64,000 bases of DNA, from contig OZ250157.1 of the NCBI GenBank assembly GCA_965237765.1, positions 1,295,508 through 1,359,507 of the forward strand, given 5' to 3'. A model generated the notes under the pieces. That model did no database searches, had not been told where the DNA came from, and saw only the letters and a list, made by a program, of their open reading frames with translations. Position numbers and translations under genes: made by a program. This document shows positions 61,867-64,000 of the stretch, piece after piece. This stretch comes from Phototrophicaceae bacterium (GTDB taxonomy: Bacteria; Chloroflexota; Anaerolineae; Aggregatilineales; Phototrophicaceae). The first letter of the stretch is position 1. Every line of letters begins with the position of its first letter.

Positions 61867-63081
61867 ATGATGAGGAGCCCCACCATGCCGCGCACGATCC
61901 TGCACATCGATATGGATGCTTTTTATTGCGCGGTGGAGGAGCGCCGCGACCCGGCGCTGCGCAGCAAAGCCTTCGCCGTCGGCGGGCCGTCGTCACGCAG
62001 CGTCGTCGCCAGTTGTTCTTATCCGGCGCGACACCGTGGCGTGCGCACGGCCATGCCGTCGGGCCAGGCCCGCCGTATCTGTCCGGAGCTCATCTTCATC
62101 CGCGGCGATTACGAGGATTTCGTCCACACATCCAGGCAGATCCGGCGGATTCTGGCCGATTATTCCCCTCGGCTGGAGCCGCTCTCGGTGGATGAAGCCT
62201 GGTTACAGGTGGATGGCGACGCCAAGGCGGGGGAAGCGATCGCGCGAGCGCTGCGGGAGCGCATCAACCGCGAATTACGCCTGCCTTGCTCCATTGGCCT
62301 TTCCACTAACAAACTGGTGGCCAAGATCGCTTCCGGTGTGGGCAAGAAGCGCAAAGCCCGTTATTTTCCGCTGCGTTACCCCAACACGCTGGAGATCGTG
62401 CCGCCGGGCGAGGAGGCAGACTACCTCGCGCCCTTGCCCATTGAGGTGATCTGGGGCATCGGGTCACGCAGCGCTCCACGCTTGCATGCCCTCGGCATCC
62501 GTCGCATTGAGGAGCTGCGCACCCTCAGCCAGTTCACGCTACAGCGCGAATTCGGCGCCAGCGGCCGCGGTTTTTGGGAGCGCGCGCGTGGCATCGACGA
62601 CAGCCCGCTCATCACTGAGCCGTCTCCCAGCAAGTCAGTTGGCCGGGGGCGGACCTTCCCCTACGACCTGCGCCAGGAGAGTGACTTGCGCGAGCAACTG
62701 CGTTTGCTGGGGATGGATGTGATGAAACGCTTGCGGGGCGGGGAATTACGCGGCCGCGTTGTGTGTCTCAGCCTGCGCTGGTCTGATTTCACATCTTGCC
62801 AGCGTCAACGGCGGTTGCCCGCCCTGTGTGATGACCCGGATACTTTCCTGGCGATCGCGCAGCAGCTATTCACTGAGCTTTGGCAGCCCGGCCGGCCGGT
62901 GCGTAAGTTGACGGTGAGGATGGCCGCTTGTGTGCGAAGCAACCGGCTCTCCTGGGCGGGTACACTCTGGGATCTTCGGAGGGGCGGCGCAGCGCAGGCG
63001 CGAGATGACCGGCGCGGCGGGCAGATAGGGCGAGCGATGATGGTAGGAAGGGGAACCACCTGTTTTCACCATTTGGTATAA
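61867..63081 (+). CDS. dinB: DNA polymerase IV (Y-family)
   Basis: ILHIDMDAFYCAVEERRDP, SVDEAWL and GLSTNKLVAKIAS. The start may be ATG 61885. Confidence 0.9.
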   Translation: MMRSPTMPRTILHIDMDAFYCAVEERRDPALRSKAFAVGGPSSRSVVASCSYPARHRGVRTAMPSGQARRICPELIFIRGDYEDFVHTSRQIRRILADYSPRLEPLSVDEAWLQVDGDAKAGEAIARALRERINRELRLPCSIGLSTNKLVAKIASGVGKKRKARYFPLRYPNTLEIVPPGEEADYLAPLPIEVIWGIGSRSAPRLHALGIRRIEELRTLSQFTLQREFGASGRGFWERARGIDDSPLITEPSPSKSVGRGRTFPYDLRQESDLREQLRLLGMDVMKRLRGGELRGRVVCLSLRWSDFTSCQRQRRLPALCDDPDTFLAIAQQLFTELWQPGRPVRKLTVRMAACVRSNRLSWAGTLWDLRRGGAAQARDDRRGGQIGRAMMVGRGTTCFHHLV

Positions 63082-63082
63082 T
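63074..63082 (+). promoter_or_regulatory. Extended -10 promoter element (TGgTATAAT) upstream of the cfa-like gene
   Basis: TGGTATAAT at 63074-63082 overlaps the dinB stop codon. AGGGAGG RBS at 63103-63109, ATG at 63115. Confidence 0.35.
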
Positions 63083-63114
63083 TAGCACGATAAGCGATGT
63101 GTAGGGAGGCGGCC

Positions 63115-64000
63115 ATGGCAGAAATGAGCAGAACGATGGTCGCCAGTCAGGACCGCCATGCGCGTATTGCCCTAGATTTCCTACAGAACGTGCTTGGCGA
63201 TTATCACCCGCGCAATTTCGCCGTCGAACTCTGGGACGGCACGACCTGGGAAGCAGAGACGGGTAAGCCACTGTTCACCATCGTCCTCAAGCACCCCGGC
63301 GCGCTGCGGCGCATGTTCCTGCCGCCGAACGAGCTGACGATGGGCGAGGCTTATATCTTCGGCGATTTCGAGGTGCGCGGCTCGCTCCATGATATGATGC
63401 GATTGGCCGAATTCCTGCTCGACGAGCAAGAGTGGGGTCTGTGGCAACAGCTGAGCGCCGCCTGGTCGCTATTGCGGTTACCACGCGCTTTGCCCGTTGC
63501 CACCGAACACCGCGCCGAGCTCGGTGGCGAACAGCATTCCATCACGCGGGACCGCCAGGCCATCCGTTATCACTACGATGTCAGCAACGAGTTCTATTCC
63601 CTTTTCCTCGATGAGCGCATGGTCTATTCCTGCGCCTATTTCGCCGATGCCGAGGAAAGCCTGGATGCCGCGCAGGCGCGCAAGCTGGATTACATCTGCC
63701 GCAAATTGCGCTTGCAACCGGGCGACCGCCTGCTGGATATCGGCTGCGGCTGGGGCGCGCTCGTGATGCACGCCGCGCAGTACTACGGCGCATACGCGCA
63801 TGGCATCACCCTCAGCGAGCGCCAGGCCGATCTGGCCGAGGAGCGCATCGCCGCTGCCGGCCTCAGCGACCGTTGCCGCGTGGAAGTTCTCGATTACCGC
63901 GAGATCGAAGAAGAAGGTGGCTATGACAAGCTGGTGAGCGTCGGCATGGTCGAGCATGTGGGCTCACAGGCGTTGCCGATCTATTTCGCACAGGCCTGGC
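63115..64000 (+). CDS. cfa: Cyclopropane-fatty-acyl-phospholipid synthase family methyltransferase; 3' end runs off the window
   Basis: Own translation: IRYHYDVSNEFYSLFLDERMVYSCAYF...LDYICRKLRLQPGDRLLDIGCGWGAL...DKLVSVGMVEHVG. Not in the supplied track because there is no stop in the window. Confidence 0.85.
   Translation, partial: MAEMSRTMVASQDRHARIALDFLQNVLGDYHPRNFAVELWDGTTWEAETGKPLFTIVLKHPGALRRMFLPPNELTMGEAYIFGDFEVRGSLHDMMRLAEFLLDEQEWGLWQQLSAAWSLLRLPRALPVATEHRAELGGEQHSITRDRQAIRYHYDVSNEFYSLFLDERMVYSCAYFADAEESLDAAQARKLDYICRKLRLQPGDRLLDIGCGWGALVMHAAQYYGAYAHGITLSERQADLAEERIAAAGLSDRCRVEVLDYREIEEEGGYDKLVSVGMVEHVGSQALPIYFAQAW

Overview
High-GC bacterial chromosomal window (well above 60% GC by eye), punctuated by about nine low-GC islets. 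All calls rest on my own reading of the ORF translations and the DNA, with no database search. Gene content (F420/LLM-type oxidoreductases, DUF2723 and LCP proteins, many M24 peptidases) would fit a Chloroflexota-like organism, but that is inference only.

Content, 5' to 3':
- A CCA-adding enzyme gene running off the left edge.
- A small defence-like patch: a Panacea-domain antitoxin-like gene plus an unknown partner, convergent with a DNA methyltransferase fused to an Mrr-like nuclease domain.
- Housekeeping genes: nitroreductase, mltG, DUF2461, methyltransferases, thymidine phosphorylase.
- tRNA-Ser(GGA) next to an AT-rich islet.
- An AhpD/CMD-like gene with an in-frame TGA at its redox Cys position (selenoprotein candidate).
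- An orphan phage terminase large subunit directly downstream of a Type IIG restriction-modification (RM) enzyme.
- A roughly 18-kb paralog-rich catabolic island, 22.7-41 kb: a peptide-type ABC importer without ATPases, 3 NicX-like, 3 M24, 2 LLM, opine dehydrogenase, enolase-superfamily enzyme, aminotransferase and MATE exporter.
- A Fur-family regulator followed by a DUF2723 membrane protein.
- A low-GC HNH/EndoVII + methyltransferase RM cassette embedded in gene debris.
- Cell-envelope genes, then the tsaE-tsaB-rimI operon, a P450, dinB, and a cfa-like gene running off the right edge.

Most notable observations:
1. A dispersed modular repeat (20-nt hairpin module plus 10-nt tail) occurs at about 14 loci, roughly 34 modules. 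Two of its positions covary in Watson-Crick fashion across three variants. It is repeatedly inserted in-frame into conserved housekeeping genes.
2. The selenocysteine candidate.
3. Two paralogous low-GC cassettes each encode a small secreted Cys-rich peptide plus a membrane-anchored partner. One peptide gene carries an in-frame TAG behind a near-consensus promoter.
4. A Panacea-type candidate toxin-antitoxin pair with an unrecognisable partner.
5. The Type IIG RM enzyme plus orphan terminase pairing.

Several apparent frameshifts and in-frame stops may be real decay or assembly errors. Most long ORFs in the supplied track that lie antisense to these genes are GC-driven shadows and are not called.
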